From an uncultured archaeon (GTDB lineage: Archaea > Asgardarchaeota > Lokiarchaeia > Sigyniarchaeales > SOKP01), in NCBI GenBank assembly GCA_964583985.1, contig CAZOYD010000042.1, positions 9,203 through 31,272 on the forward strand: a DNA stretch of 22,070 bases, given 5' to 3'. Shown here piece by piece: positions 1 through 8,431 of this stretch. A program made the translations under genes and the position numbers. Each line of letters begins with the position of its first letter. The stretch's first letter is position 1. Below the pieces are notes generated by a model that worked only from the letters and a program-made list of their open reading frames with translations, ran no database searches and was not told the origin of the DNA.

Positions 1-1
1 T

Positions 2-1249
2 TTTACCCAATTCCTATTTCTTTGGACAGGTCAATTGTTTTCGATATTAGGGTCTGCTATAGTCGGCTTTGCTATTACGTGGTGGATAACAATCACAACC
101 GAAAGCCCAACATTGCTTTCTATAAGCACTTTCATGTACGTTTTACCAATGGCACTTCTTACTCCTTTTGCAGGAGTAATAGCAGATAGGCATAATAGAA
201 AAATCATTATTGCAATAGCGGATTCAGCGCAAGCATTAATCACTTTCATAGTGATCGTGCTTTTTTGGCTCAATTTAGCTTATCCAATAGTTGTTGTTCT
301 AATAATGGGTTTTCGAGGTATTTGCCAAGCATTTCATGTTCCTACTTTCAGTGCCGTATTACCATCGATGGTTCCAAAAGATAAATTGAGTAGAATGAAT
401 GGAGTTAATTACCTATGTATAAGTGTAATAAATATCATTGGACCTGTTTTTGGTGCGACATTATATTCAATTTGGAGCATTCAATTAATCTTATGGATTG
501 ATGTTATTACTTATGGTATCGCAATGGTTCCACTTCTATTAGTTAAAATACCCTTGATGATTAAACCTAAAGAAGAAAAAGAGAAAGATTCTTTCCTTCA
601 TGAATTCAGACTTGGATTAAAAACAATAAATCTCATACCGGGTTTGGTTGCTCTCTTGTTATGGTCAATGGTGCTTAATTTTTTACTCATGCCCACGAAT
701 GTTCTATTACCTTATTACATTGCATTCGAACATGGTGGGAATGAATTTGATTTGGCTATATTAACCGTCTTCTTTAGTATCGGGATGATAGGTGGTAGTC
801 TATTAACATCCATAAAGAAAAATTGGAATCGAAAACTCTTTTCATATTTCGGCTCACTCATCATTTTAATGGGGGCTATTTCGATATTAGCATTTGTTCC
901 AAAAGGATTTTACTTGCCCATGTGGATTGGAATGATGATTGTCGGGTTCATGTTACCGATAGGAAATACGATCTACATGACAGTGATTCAACTCACGGTG
1001 CCAAAAGAAAAAATGGGAAGAGTTGCCTCAATTGACCAATCATTATCGTCTATAATGTCGCCAATTGGAGCAATTTCTGCCGGACCTTTAGCTGATCTTA
1101 TCGGGGTTAGACCATTATTTTTATTAATATCGATAATAGGCTCTTTTGGTTCAATTGTGGTATGGAAGGGAACAAGACTAAGAAAAGCAAATTATGATGA
1201 TCAAGAGGAACTCGATAGGATAAGTGAAAGCATGAACCACGTATCATAA
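2..1249 (+). CDS. MFS transporter, DHA3/MefA-like efflux family (5'-truncated by window edge)
   Basis: The frame is open from base 2 (FTQFLFLWTGQLFSILGS, typical TM1 of DHA3 MFS), so the track start at 35 is internal. Motif A-like GVIADRHNRK is present, with about 12 hydrophobic segments. Confidence 0.92.
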   Translation, partial: FTQFLFLWTGQLFSILGSAIVGFAITWWITITTESPTLLSISTFMYVLPMALLTPFAGVIADRHNRKIIIAIADSAQALITFIVIVLFWLNLAYPIVVVLIMGFRGICQAFHVPTFSAVLPSMVPKDKLSRMNGVNYLCISVINIIGPVFGATLYSIWSIQLILWIDVITYGIAMVPLLLVKIPLMIKPKEEKEKDSFLHEFRLGLKTINLIPGLVALLLWSMVLNFLLMPTNVLLPYYIAFEHGGNEFDLAILTVFFSIGMIGGSLLTSIKKNWNRKLFSYFGSLIILMGAISILAFVPKGFYLPMWIGMMIVGFMLPIGNTIYMTVIQLTVPKEKMGRVASIDQSLSSIMSPIGAISAGPLADLIGVRPLFLLISIIGSFGSIVVWKGTRLRKANYDDQEELDRISESMNHVS

Positions 1250-1257
1250 AATATAAC

Positions 1258-1283
1258 TATTTTTTTATTTTTAATTTTTTTTT
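1258..1283 (+). terminator. Oligo-T tract terminator (archaeal type)
   Basis: Long T-rich run immediately after the MFS stop codon. Confidence 0.5.
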
Positions 1284-1500
1284 AAATTTATTACTCTATC
1301 TCAACTTTAATGGCAATTAGTAATATCGATCTTAGAGTAAGCATTAACCATATGCAGTCTGTTCGATTAGTTTTCAGATATGGACACAAGTTGATTGTAT
1401 TGTTTTTAAAATTATGTTGTTAAAAAAAGGAGAATAAGTACTTAATTTGTTTGATTATTTTATCATATTCTTGCATAAAAAGATTCTTAAGGATTCGGAT

Positions 1501-2163
1501 CTAAAAATTGAAGGAGATCTCAAATGGCATGTCATTAAAACTCTCCTTTATATAGTTCTTGAATTCTCGCGAAATCGGACCAAACCCTCCTTCTGTGTAC
1601 TCTCCAATTGAAAAGCTATGTGGTCGAATTTCTATGATGAAGTCTTTAAGCTCCGTCACGTTCTCAACTGTATCATTCACTCCATTTAAAAACATTGTAT
1701 AAACGAATAAGTATCCTTGAAAATCTCTTGCAAAATCCCTGATCCCCTTTTTTACGTCATTTAATTTCACGGGTTCATTACAAGCACATACTTTAGAAAA
1801 ATTTGATTCATCCATGCTATTCAAGTTAATGGCTAGCAAATCACATCCCAATAAATCATCTCGAATATCTTTTCTTTGAAAAAGAGTGCTATTGGCGTAT
1901 AGACCGATCTTTTGTTCGGGATATTCAAGATGGATTAGTTTAACTAATCGTCTTAACCCAGAATAAAGTGAAAAGTCTCCAGGACCTTTTAGCCATATAT
2001 AATCTGGGACCCCAGAATTTAAAATATAAGTTCGAATTTCAAAATAAATATCCTCAGCGGGATAAGTTCGAATAGATCGAAGACGATAAGGGTTAAAATC
2101 GACTGGTAATAACTTGCCGAATTTCGGGCTTATTTTCGCTTTTTGGAGGTATTTATATCCCAT
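1501..2163 (-). CDS. Radical SAM-fold protein (COG0731/TYW1-like Fe-S oxidoreductase family) lacking the CxxxCxxC motif
   Basis: Family-like segments: SPKFGKLLPVD (~SRRLGRSLGID), PDYIWLKGPGDFSLY (~PDYITFSGSGEPTLY), ANSTLF (~TNGSLL), MFLNGVND. No CX3CX2C. Start is ATG 2163 or GTG 2172. Confidence 0.7.
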   Translation of the reverse strand: MGYKYLQKAKISPKFGKLLPVDFNPYRLRSIRTYPAEDIYFEIRTYILNSGVPDYIWLKGPGDFSLYSGLRRLVKLIHLEYPEQKIGLYANSTLFQRKDIRDDLLGCDLLAINLNSMDESNFSKVCACNEPVKLNDVKKGIRDFARDFQGYLFVYTMFLNGVNDTVENVTELKDFIIEIRPHSFSIGEYTEGGFGPISREFKNYIKESFNDMPFEISFNF

Positions 2164-2277
2164 CCCTTTCACGTTATCATGTAATTTTTTTAATTGAATT
2201 ATCTATCTCCTTCTATTCTGCAATCAAGTATTCTGTACTTGCATACTTGAAATGTGTTAAAAATGTTAAAAAAATAA

Positions 2278-5277
2278 TTATGAATTTTTCATTTTTTCTT
2301 TGAGTTCCATGAGATAAACATCAGGATCATGATCAAACAATGTTCGCTCTTTAGGAGGTTTTTTCTCCAATAACTCCTTGCCAATTTCAAAATTCTTTTT
2401 AGCTTTCTCAAATTCTCCTAAGTTCATATAGCACAATCCCATTTTTATATAAGATTGATCAATAAACCAGCCTGTTGGATCCAATTCTATTGCTTCTTCA
2501 AATTGCTTTATGGCATCTTCATAATCCCCAACAATGAGCAATATTTCTCCAAGAGAATCGCGTAGATTTCCATCTTCCTTATTATATTCAATCATTTCTT
2601 TAGCCGTTTTAATTGCTTCATCCTTTTTACCAAGTTCTGCTAATATTACTGCTCTATTATTAAGAATATTTGGATATGACGTTTCATATTTATCTTTTGG
2701 AAATCGTTTAATTATCTCATCGTTAACTTTTAATGCTGATTCAAAATCTTTCATCTGGTAATAAATAACTGATTTTGTTTGAATCATTTTAAATCGCTCT
2801 TCTTCAAAGTGCTCAATGATGTAATCTATCAAATCTATTGCTTCCAGCTTTTTATTTGAACTATAAAGGATATATACTTTTTGATGATGAAGTTTAATGT
2901 CATCTGGTGCGAGTTCGAGAGCATTGTCAATGGTATTCAGTGCTTCGTTAATATCGCCTGTTTCATGAAAAACGGCTGCTTTAAATGATAAAAATCGAGA
3001 TTGTATTCCTTTATTAGGAGCCGAAATTATTGCTTTATCGATTTGTTCTATGAATTCTTCTTTATCATTTTGATCTGGCTTGAAATTAAAGATCAGATTA
3101 TATCCTAATACTAAAGCGCTTGATGCAAATGCTGTATAATGATTCTCATAGTGAACTCTTGATTTTTGAGCATCCTTCATTGCTTTATCAAATTTACCAC
3201 GAGCAGTATACGAAAATGCTCGTATAAACAAACAAGAGGTTCCAACTGAAGAATATTCTTCATCATAATAGTACATGTTAAGATCCTTATCAAGAAATCG
3301 TTTGGCGTCTTTATAATTCTCAGTTATGCAATAGATAATCGCTTTTAATAGTTTAAAATCTAAATTATTCGAACTTAATTCTAAACCGCTATTAACTAAG
3401 TTAAAAAGTAATTCTGGATGTTCATGACAACATTTATTATTACTAATATTAACCATTATTTTAGTACGGAGTAACAAAATGTTTTCAGAATCGCTCTCCA
3501 ATGCTTTATCCAATATTTCGTTTGCTAAATCGTATTTGCTCAGTTTACTTAATGCTTGTGCTTTTTGACAAATCAACCAATTCTGTTGAGCTATCCCCTC
3601 TGATTCATTTAAACTTTCCAAAGCATCATTATAGTTACCCATCGCAAGGTGAGTCAGCGAATGGAATAAAAATCCTACTGGCTGATCTGGATAAGAATCA
3701 CTGATTTTTTCTGAGGTTTTTAATGATTTTTCGAAATCGTTATGATAGGTGTAAAGAATGTCATCTAAAATCAGTTCCTGTAATTCATTAAGTTCATCTT
3801 TCATTGATTCTCTCAGGTCTTTTAACTTTTGATAATCAGCACCTTTCTTTAATCCCTTGATTATTTTTTGATAATATTTAATTCCAGTTAAATTGTATCT
3901 CTCAGCAAAATCCTTATCCTTCAATAGCATTAATTTATCTATATAATATCCATCCAAAGTTTCAAAAAGACAATTATCCAATTTATAATTATATTCTATC
4001 TTCCCAGAGGATGTCTTTATGGAGGTTACATTATAGGATTTTAAATCTTCCATTGCAGCCTGAATTATAATACTTTCCAATTTCGCATCAGTATTGGTCA
4101 ATTTAGTTTCTGATTCAATCTTATAGGCAAGATATTTGATATATTCTGGTAAAAAATTTTTTAAAGATGATTTCAGTCCATCTTGAAAAAGATTTATGCA
4201 AATCTCATTAATAATTTCGTCAAAAACTATATCTATCTTAATAGATGGCCCGTTTTTGGCATTAATACCTTGCAATTTATTTAAATATGTAAATCTCGTA
4301 ATTTTATCATCGACAATAGCACGTAACACGCGTTCTAACTTCCCGTTTGCTTGAAAATAATATTCTTTATCCGGAATGACTTCCAATTTGTGAAATTTAA
4401 CCGAATAAAACTCCTCTTCGACAATTTTTTCCAGGAAAAATTCTAAAGTCGTTTGCTTTATCCCATATTTACTTGCAAATTTATTGATAGAAATATACTC
4501 TGGATAATAATCAGGATGATTGAAAGATAAAAATAATATTATCTTGTTAAAATCCTCCTCACTGCTCAGCAAATTTTCCACTTTTGAATAGTTCAGTTTT
4601 AGAATGTTATTCAAGAAGCGAAATTTGACCTTATTGTCGTGGACCTCATACCTCTCAAAAAATTCGTTTGTATTCCGTGTAATCTCCTCTATCCTTCGAC
4701 TTTCTTCCTCTAATATTGATTGCCGATCTAAATCATAACGCTTGAGCATCTCAAAGTATCGAATTTTTCCCCCTGGAGTTATTTTATATTCGCTATTCTC
4801 TTTCACTAAAAGTTCATCCTTTATTAAAGACTGCAATGCTCCTGATAGGGATGAAGAATTAATCCGTAGTGGCTCTGAAGTAAAGTCTGACCACTTGCAA
4901 TAATCATTATTGAATACCATCCATAATATCCAATCGTTATAATTTCTCTTTCTTGTTATGGTTTTAGGGGGAAAATTTAATGCCCTTTTTCCGTGTTTCT
5001 TCAAATATTCGAGCTCTCTAAGTCTTTCTAATCCATCTTGCGTGATCTCATAACGATTTCGCTGAGGTCTAATGATATATCCATCGTCCATCAATGAATT
5101 CAAATTTGTAGATAGACTTGAAGTGGGAATATTCACGCTATCCTCATCTGTAAAATTAGCCCACTCACATTGTTTGTTCTTTTCCAACATCCATAGTATG
5201 ATATGTTCCCAACTCTTTCCTATCGCAGGCTCTAAAATCTCTTTTGGCGGGATCTGTATTTTTTTACTGACTTCCAT
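2278..5277 (-). CDS. Large protein with two tandem N-terminal winged-HTH-like repeats and a C-terminal TPR array
   Basis: Repeat 1 HIILWMLEKN..CEWANF..IPTSSLSTNLNSLMDDGYI..YEITQDG; repeat 2 DWILWMVFNN..CKWSDF..INSSSLSGALQSLIKDELL..YKITPGG. Many TPR-consensus units, e.g. DSLGEILLIVGDYEDAIKQFEEAIELDP. Confidence 0.85.
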   Translation of the reverse strand: MEVSKKIQIPPKEILEPAIGKSWEHIILWMLEKNKQCEWANFTDEDSVNIPTSSLSTNLNSLMDDGYIIRPQRNRYEITQDGLERLRELEYLKKHGKRALNFPPKTITRKRNYNDWILWMVFNNDYCKWSDFTSEPLRINSSSLSGALQSLIKDELLVKENSEYKITPGGKIRYFEMLKRYDLDRQSILEEESRRIEEITRNTNEFFERYEVHDNKVKFRFLNNILKLNYSKVENLLSSEEDFNKIILFLSFNHPDYYPEYISINKFASKYGIKQTTLEFFLEKIVEEEFYSVKFHKLEVIPDKEYYFQANGKLERVLRAIVDDKITRFTYLNKLQGINAKNGPSIKIDIVFDEIINEICINLFQDGLKSSLKNFLPEYIKYLAYKIESETKLTNTDAKLESIIIQAAMEDLKSYNVTSIKTSSGKIEYNYKLDNCLFETLDGYYIDKLMLLKDKDFAERYNLTGIKYYQKIIKGLKKGADYQKLKDLRESMKDELNELQELILDDILYTYHNDFEKSLKTSEKISDSYPDQPVGFLFHSLTHLAMGNYNDALESLNESEGIAQQNWLICQKAQALSKLSKYDLANEILDKALESDSENILLLRTKIMVNISNNKCCHEHPELLFNLVNSGLELSSNNLDFKLLKAIIYCITENYKDAKRFLDKDLNMYYYDEEYSSVGTSCLFIRAFSYTARGKFDKAMKDAQKSRVHYENHYTAFASSALVLGYNLIFNFKPDQNDKEEFIEQIDKAIISAPNKGIQSRFLSFKAAVFHETGDINEALNTIDNALELAPDDIKLHHQKVYILYSSNKKLEAIDLIDYIIEHFEEERFKMIQTKSVIYYQMKDFESALKVNDEIIKRFPKDKYETSYPNILNNRAVILAELGKKDEAIKTAKEMIEYNKEDGNLRDSLGEILLIVGDYEDAIKQFEEAIELDPTGWFIDQSYIKMGLCYMNLGEFEKAKKNFEIGKELLEKKPPKERTLFDHDPDVYLMELKEKMKNS

Positions 5278-5355
5278 CGTTAATCTTCTGTTTATTGTTT
5301 TCTATATATTAATATAAGATGACTTCCATATAAGGTTTTAGTTCTGAATTTTATA

Positions 5356-5393
5356 TGAACTCCCATTGAAGTTTGAACTTCGGTTTGAAGTTT
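5356..5393. promoter_or_regulatory. Tandem imperfect palindromes in a divergent promoter region (candidate operator)
   Basis: tgAACTCCcattGAAGTT (5356-5373) is directly followed by tgAACTTCggtttGAAGTT (5374-5392). TATA-like tatatat lies at about 5406-5412. Confidence 0.45.
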
Positions 5394-5486
5394 TGATGCT
5401 GAATCTATATATGAACAAATCTCTTACTTAAAATTAAGAAAAAAAAAGAAAAACCTAAAAAAAAAGAAAAAAAGTGAGTGAAAAAA

Positions 5487-5699
5487 ATGGCACAAATAAG
5501 TTTAGAAGTAGGAAAAAAGCAAGAACAATGTGTATTAGAAGTTGAATTTCCTGAATTTATCCCTATTAAAGAAATTGTGGTTGAAAAAGCCTCATTCGGT
5601 AAGAAACTTTCCAAATTAGTCAAATCTAACGTTAAAGAAATGCGAAGAATAGAAGATGTCAAGAGCATGCAAAACTTCAGGCAACATGCAATTTTCTAA
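5487..5699 (+). CDS. Small hypothetical protein (70 aa)
   Basis: ATG 5487 follows GTGAG/A-rich leader; T-run after the stop; contains EVEFPEF, shared with the next ORF. Confidence 0.7.
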   Translation: MAQISLEVGKKQEQCVLEVEFPEFIPIKEIVVEKASFGKKLSKLVKSNVKEMRRIEDVKSMQNFRQHAIF

Positions 5700-5854
5700 T
5701 ACACACCTTAATTTTTTTTAAAGTAAAAAATCACGATAATAAGATTAATAAAAATAAGTAAAGAAAAATATAAAACAATCAAATTAACCAAATCTACCAA
5801 CAAAAAATCATCAAAAAACCATTTCCAATTTGAAAATCAGGATGCGAGAAAAAA

Positions 5855-6196
5855 ATGAGCATGAGAGAAATTAACGCCAAGTGGGAGCCACTCTCTGAGG
5901 TGGAATATCCCGAGTTCAAGACTTCTGCAACGCTCTTGAATAAGTGGGAGCGATTCAAGCGAAATTTCGATGTGAAATATCGCCCATCCTTGAGTTATGC
6001 GCTCATCGTGAATAGCCTGTTTTTAGTCACGATCTTGGTGTTCACATGGGTTAGCGTGGCGTTCGAGGGATTTATCAATCCCTCTACCATGCTGAGGCTT
6101 TTCAGCCTCCCCATTCTCTTAGCTGCTTATGATTTCGCACGCTTGATTGAGCAAGAGGAAGAGAAAGCGATGGTCGAGGAAAAAGCCTTAAATTAA
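5855..6196 (+). CDS. Small membrane protein (113 aa, about 2 TM helices)
   Basis: Two hydrophobic stretches (YALIVNSLFLVTILVFTWVSVAF; LFSLPILLAAY), N-terminal EVEYPEF motif, elevated GC. Confidence 0.7.
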   Translation: MSMREINAKWEPLSEVEYPEFKTSATLLNKWERFKRNFDVKYRPSLSYALIVNSLFLVTILVFTWVSVAFEGFINPSTMLRLFSLPILLAAYDFARLIEQEEEKAMVEEKALN

Positions 6197-6233
6197 GAGT
6201 AGAAATAAAAATTACAAAATGGAGTGATATGAA

Positions 6234-6314
6234 ATGCGATCAGCAAGAAAGGATAGCGAAGAGCGAATAATTTTGCGTCCTGCGAGTTTTAATCAAATGC
6301 TTACAATGTATTAA
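6234..6314 (+). CDS. Putative 26-aa peptide MRSARKDSEERIILRPASFNQMLTMY
   Basis: Shine-Dalgarno-like GGAGTGA (6221-6227) lies 6 nt before the ATG, and T-tracts follow the stop. Below the ORF-track size cutoff. Confidence 0.4.
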   Translation: MRSARKDSEERIILRPASFNQMLTMY

Positions 6315-6540
6315 TCGATTTTTTTACCTTATTCTTTTTTATTTCCAGGATCATGTCAAATTTTTCAGAATACTATTATCTTTTAATTGGAAGGATATCT
6401 ACTTCTTTTTAAATAAATATTTGCAGACCTATATAAGAAATGCCCTTTTTTCATTGGATTGGGGTATATACTTCAAGATCGGAATATTAAAAAGTTCTAT
6501 TAGATATCTTCTTTTAAGAAACGAGAATTTGGTGGTTTAA

Positions 6541-6732
6541 TTGAATAATAAAGATAAGAAAAAGAAGCCATTTGGAGAGGAAGCGGGTGATTTAGAAGAG
6601 GATTGGGAAGATCAAGATGACTTTGATGATGAAGATGATGATGAAGACGACAATGACGGAGATTGGGATGAAAATGATGACGATGATAATGACGATGAAG
6701 ATTGGGACGATGATGATGATGGAGATTTTTAG
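6541..6732 (+). CDS. Highly acidic low-complexity microprotein (63 aa)
   Basis: GGTGGT RBS before the TTG start; basic N-terminus KDKKKK; 38 of 63 residues are D/E; three D-W-[DE] motifs. Confidence 0.7.
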   Translation: MNNKDKKKKPFGEEAGDLEEDWEDQDDFDDEDDDEDDNDGDWDENDDDDNDDEDWDDDDDGDF

Positions 6733-7042
6733 ACTCAATCTTCCTAATACATGAATATTCTTTTTTATGAATAATCACAATAAGAAAACGGATCAAACAC
6801 AAATTTATTCATTTTTTCTAATTTAAGATTAATTTCAGTTCTCATCAGGGATTGGATAAATTATCTCGATGTTCTTCCACTTTTTGCATTTGGATATTCA
6901 TTTGGATTCCTTTCATCAATGATAAATATGAAAAATGAGAATTTCATAACCACTAAAGCGAGTGATAGCGAAAATACGATCTTACCCAAGTAGGAATCAA
7001 AATTAATCTATTTCCAAAATTAATTGAAGACAATAATATTTA

Positions 7043-7066
7043 TATATACGTATTATTTGTATATAC
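7043..7066 (+). promoter_or_regulatory. vapBC promoter/operator inverted repeat
   Basis: TATATAC-N9-GTATATA (7043-7065) overlaps a TATA-box-like tttatata about 27 nt upstream of ATG 7069, consistent with a leaderless, autoregulated TA transcript. Confidence 0.55.
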
Positions 7067-7068
7067 AC

Positions 7069-7299
7069 ATGGCTAATTTTAGTATAAGAATCGATCCAGA
7101 ACTAAAAAAGAAGATGGATTCACTTAAACATTTTAATTGGAGTGAAATCATACGAAAAGCGATTAGATCAGAAATACAGAATGAAACAGAAATAAATAAA
7201 GCGAAAGCTATTTTATTGAACGAAAAAATCCGCAAAAAAGCTCCTGAAAATTTCAATAGCATGGAAATTATTCGTAAATTTAGAGAAGAAAGACATTAA
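7069..7299 (+). CDS. vapB: Antitoxin, ribbon-helix-helix VapB-like
   Basis: MANFSIRIDPELKKKMDSLKHFNWSEIIRKAI is a classic archaeal RHH antitoxin N-terminus, directly upstream of a PIN gene. The true start is probably ATG 7069, not 7024. Confidence 0.88.
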   Translation: MANFSIRIDPELKKKMDSLKHFNWSEIIRKAIRSEIQNETEINKAKAILLNEKIRKKAPENFNSMEIIRKFREERH

Positions 7300-7320
7300 A
7301 GAAAATGAGAGCAATCATAA

Positions 7321-7758
7321 ATGAGAGAAATTATTATTGATGCAAGTGTAGTAGTAAAGTGGTTTATAGAAGAAAATGATTCAGATAAAGCACTACTTTT
7401 AAGAGATAGGTTTATAGGCGGAAAAATTGAATTATACGTTCCAACATTATTATATTTTGAAGTCTTGAATGCATTAAAATACAGTCAACTATTCAAACCT
7501 AGCGAGCTTGAGGATGCGGGAGAAAGTTTAGAGAATTATGGATTTAAAGTAATTATGATTAAAGATGAAATACGTAAATATATGATTAATGCTGCCATAG
7601 ACTACAATTTATCAATCTATGATGCTTCCTACCTTGGATTAAGTATGGGTTTAGATAAATTATTCTGTACTGCTGATGAGAAAATCATAAAAAAACTACC
7701 TCCGATAATGAAAAAGAAAGTAAAAAGTCTGAAACAAGTAGAAGAAATTTTCACGTAA
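7321..7758 (+). CDS. vapC: PIN-domain toxin VapC
   Basis: IIIDASVVVKW, EVLNAL, YDASY and TAD motifs provide the acidic PIN active-site residues. Confidence 0.93.
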   Translation: MREIIIDASVVVKWFIEENDSDKALLLRDRFIGGKIELYVPTLLYFEVLNALKYSQLFKPSELEDAGESLENYGFKVIMIKDEIRKYMINAAIDYNLSIYDASYLGLSMGLDKLFCTADEKIIKKLPPIMKKKVKSLKQVEEIFT

Positions 7759-7805
7759 TAAAGGGTTCTATTGTAGGAAATTTCATACACCACTAAATTA
7801 CTAAG

Positions 7806-8156
7806 TTAGTTGTGTTGAATTAGCGCTATCTTGGCTCCATTTGGATCTTCTAAGAACGCGAGGCTCCCAACGCTTATTGGTACAGGACCCATGGTGATTG
7901 TGACCCCTTTCGATTTGAGTTCTTTCACGGTGGCGTTTAAGTCGTTAACTTCCATTCCCACCGAAAACAGTCCAATTTCGTTTTCTGTATTTTTTATTAG
8001 TTCTATCATGGCATCCCCTTGGCCTTTCAACAACGTGATGATTACTCCAGGTAGGGGGGTATATTGGCTATCTACTTCAAATCCCATGACTTCCGTGTAA
8101 AATTTAACGGACTTTTCCATGTTCTCGACAATTATGGTAGCGTATTTAACCTTCAT
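7806..8156 (-). CDS. VOC/glyoxalase family protein
   Basis: [17 protein letters not shown] and [12 protein letters not shown] signatures. Confidence 0.9.
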   Translation of the reverse strand: MKVKYATIIVENMEKSVKFYTEVMGFEVDSQYTPLPGVIITLLKGQGDAMIELIKNTENEIGLFSVGMEVNDLNATVKELKSKGVTITMGPVPISVGSLAFLEDPNGAKIALIQHN

Positions 8157-8431
8157 ATATTATCTCCACATGAATGATTCTGTTTATCATTAATTATTAA
8201 TTCTTTTTTAATTTCAGGATCCTTGCTTTTTATTTTTCTTTCCATTCTTTCATTAGTAAATTTATTTCTTATTTAGACTCGACTCTAGTGCAAGACATGG
8301 ATACCAATTATAATGTGAAATCATTAGTTTTTCCCTTCATTATTGTACTTTTCAGATTGTAGTTTTTATTACATGTATTCAATAAGTTCTTATCATTGAA
8401 GAATTTCTTTCCTATTAATATAAACATAATT

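Noticed and set aside
6620-6725. GAT/GAC triplet repeats as microsatellite or CRISPR
   Set aside because: Explained by Asp codons. No repeat-spacer structure or cas gene is visible anywhere in the window.
6500-6802. His-rich 100-aa ORF on the minus strand
   Set aside because: It is the antisense shadow of the GAT-rich acidic ORF (6541-6732), which has the RBS; the poly-His arises from the complementary strand.
6830-6950. CATTTGGAT direct repeat and short minus-strand ORFs upstream of vapBC
   Set aside because: ORFs are under 30 aa with no recognisable motif; at most a gene remnant.
7024-7758. vapBC as marker of a mobile element
   Set aside because: No integrase, transposase, terminal repeats or tRNA target was seen in the window.
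8308-8427. 39-aa minus-strand ORF after the PAN N-domain, considered as a frameshifted AAA+ continuation
   Set aside because: No Walker A/B or other AAA+ similarity; it looks like AT-rich intergenic sequence.
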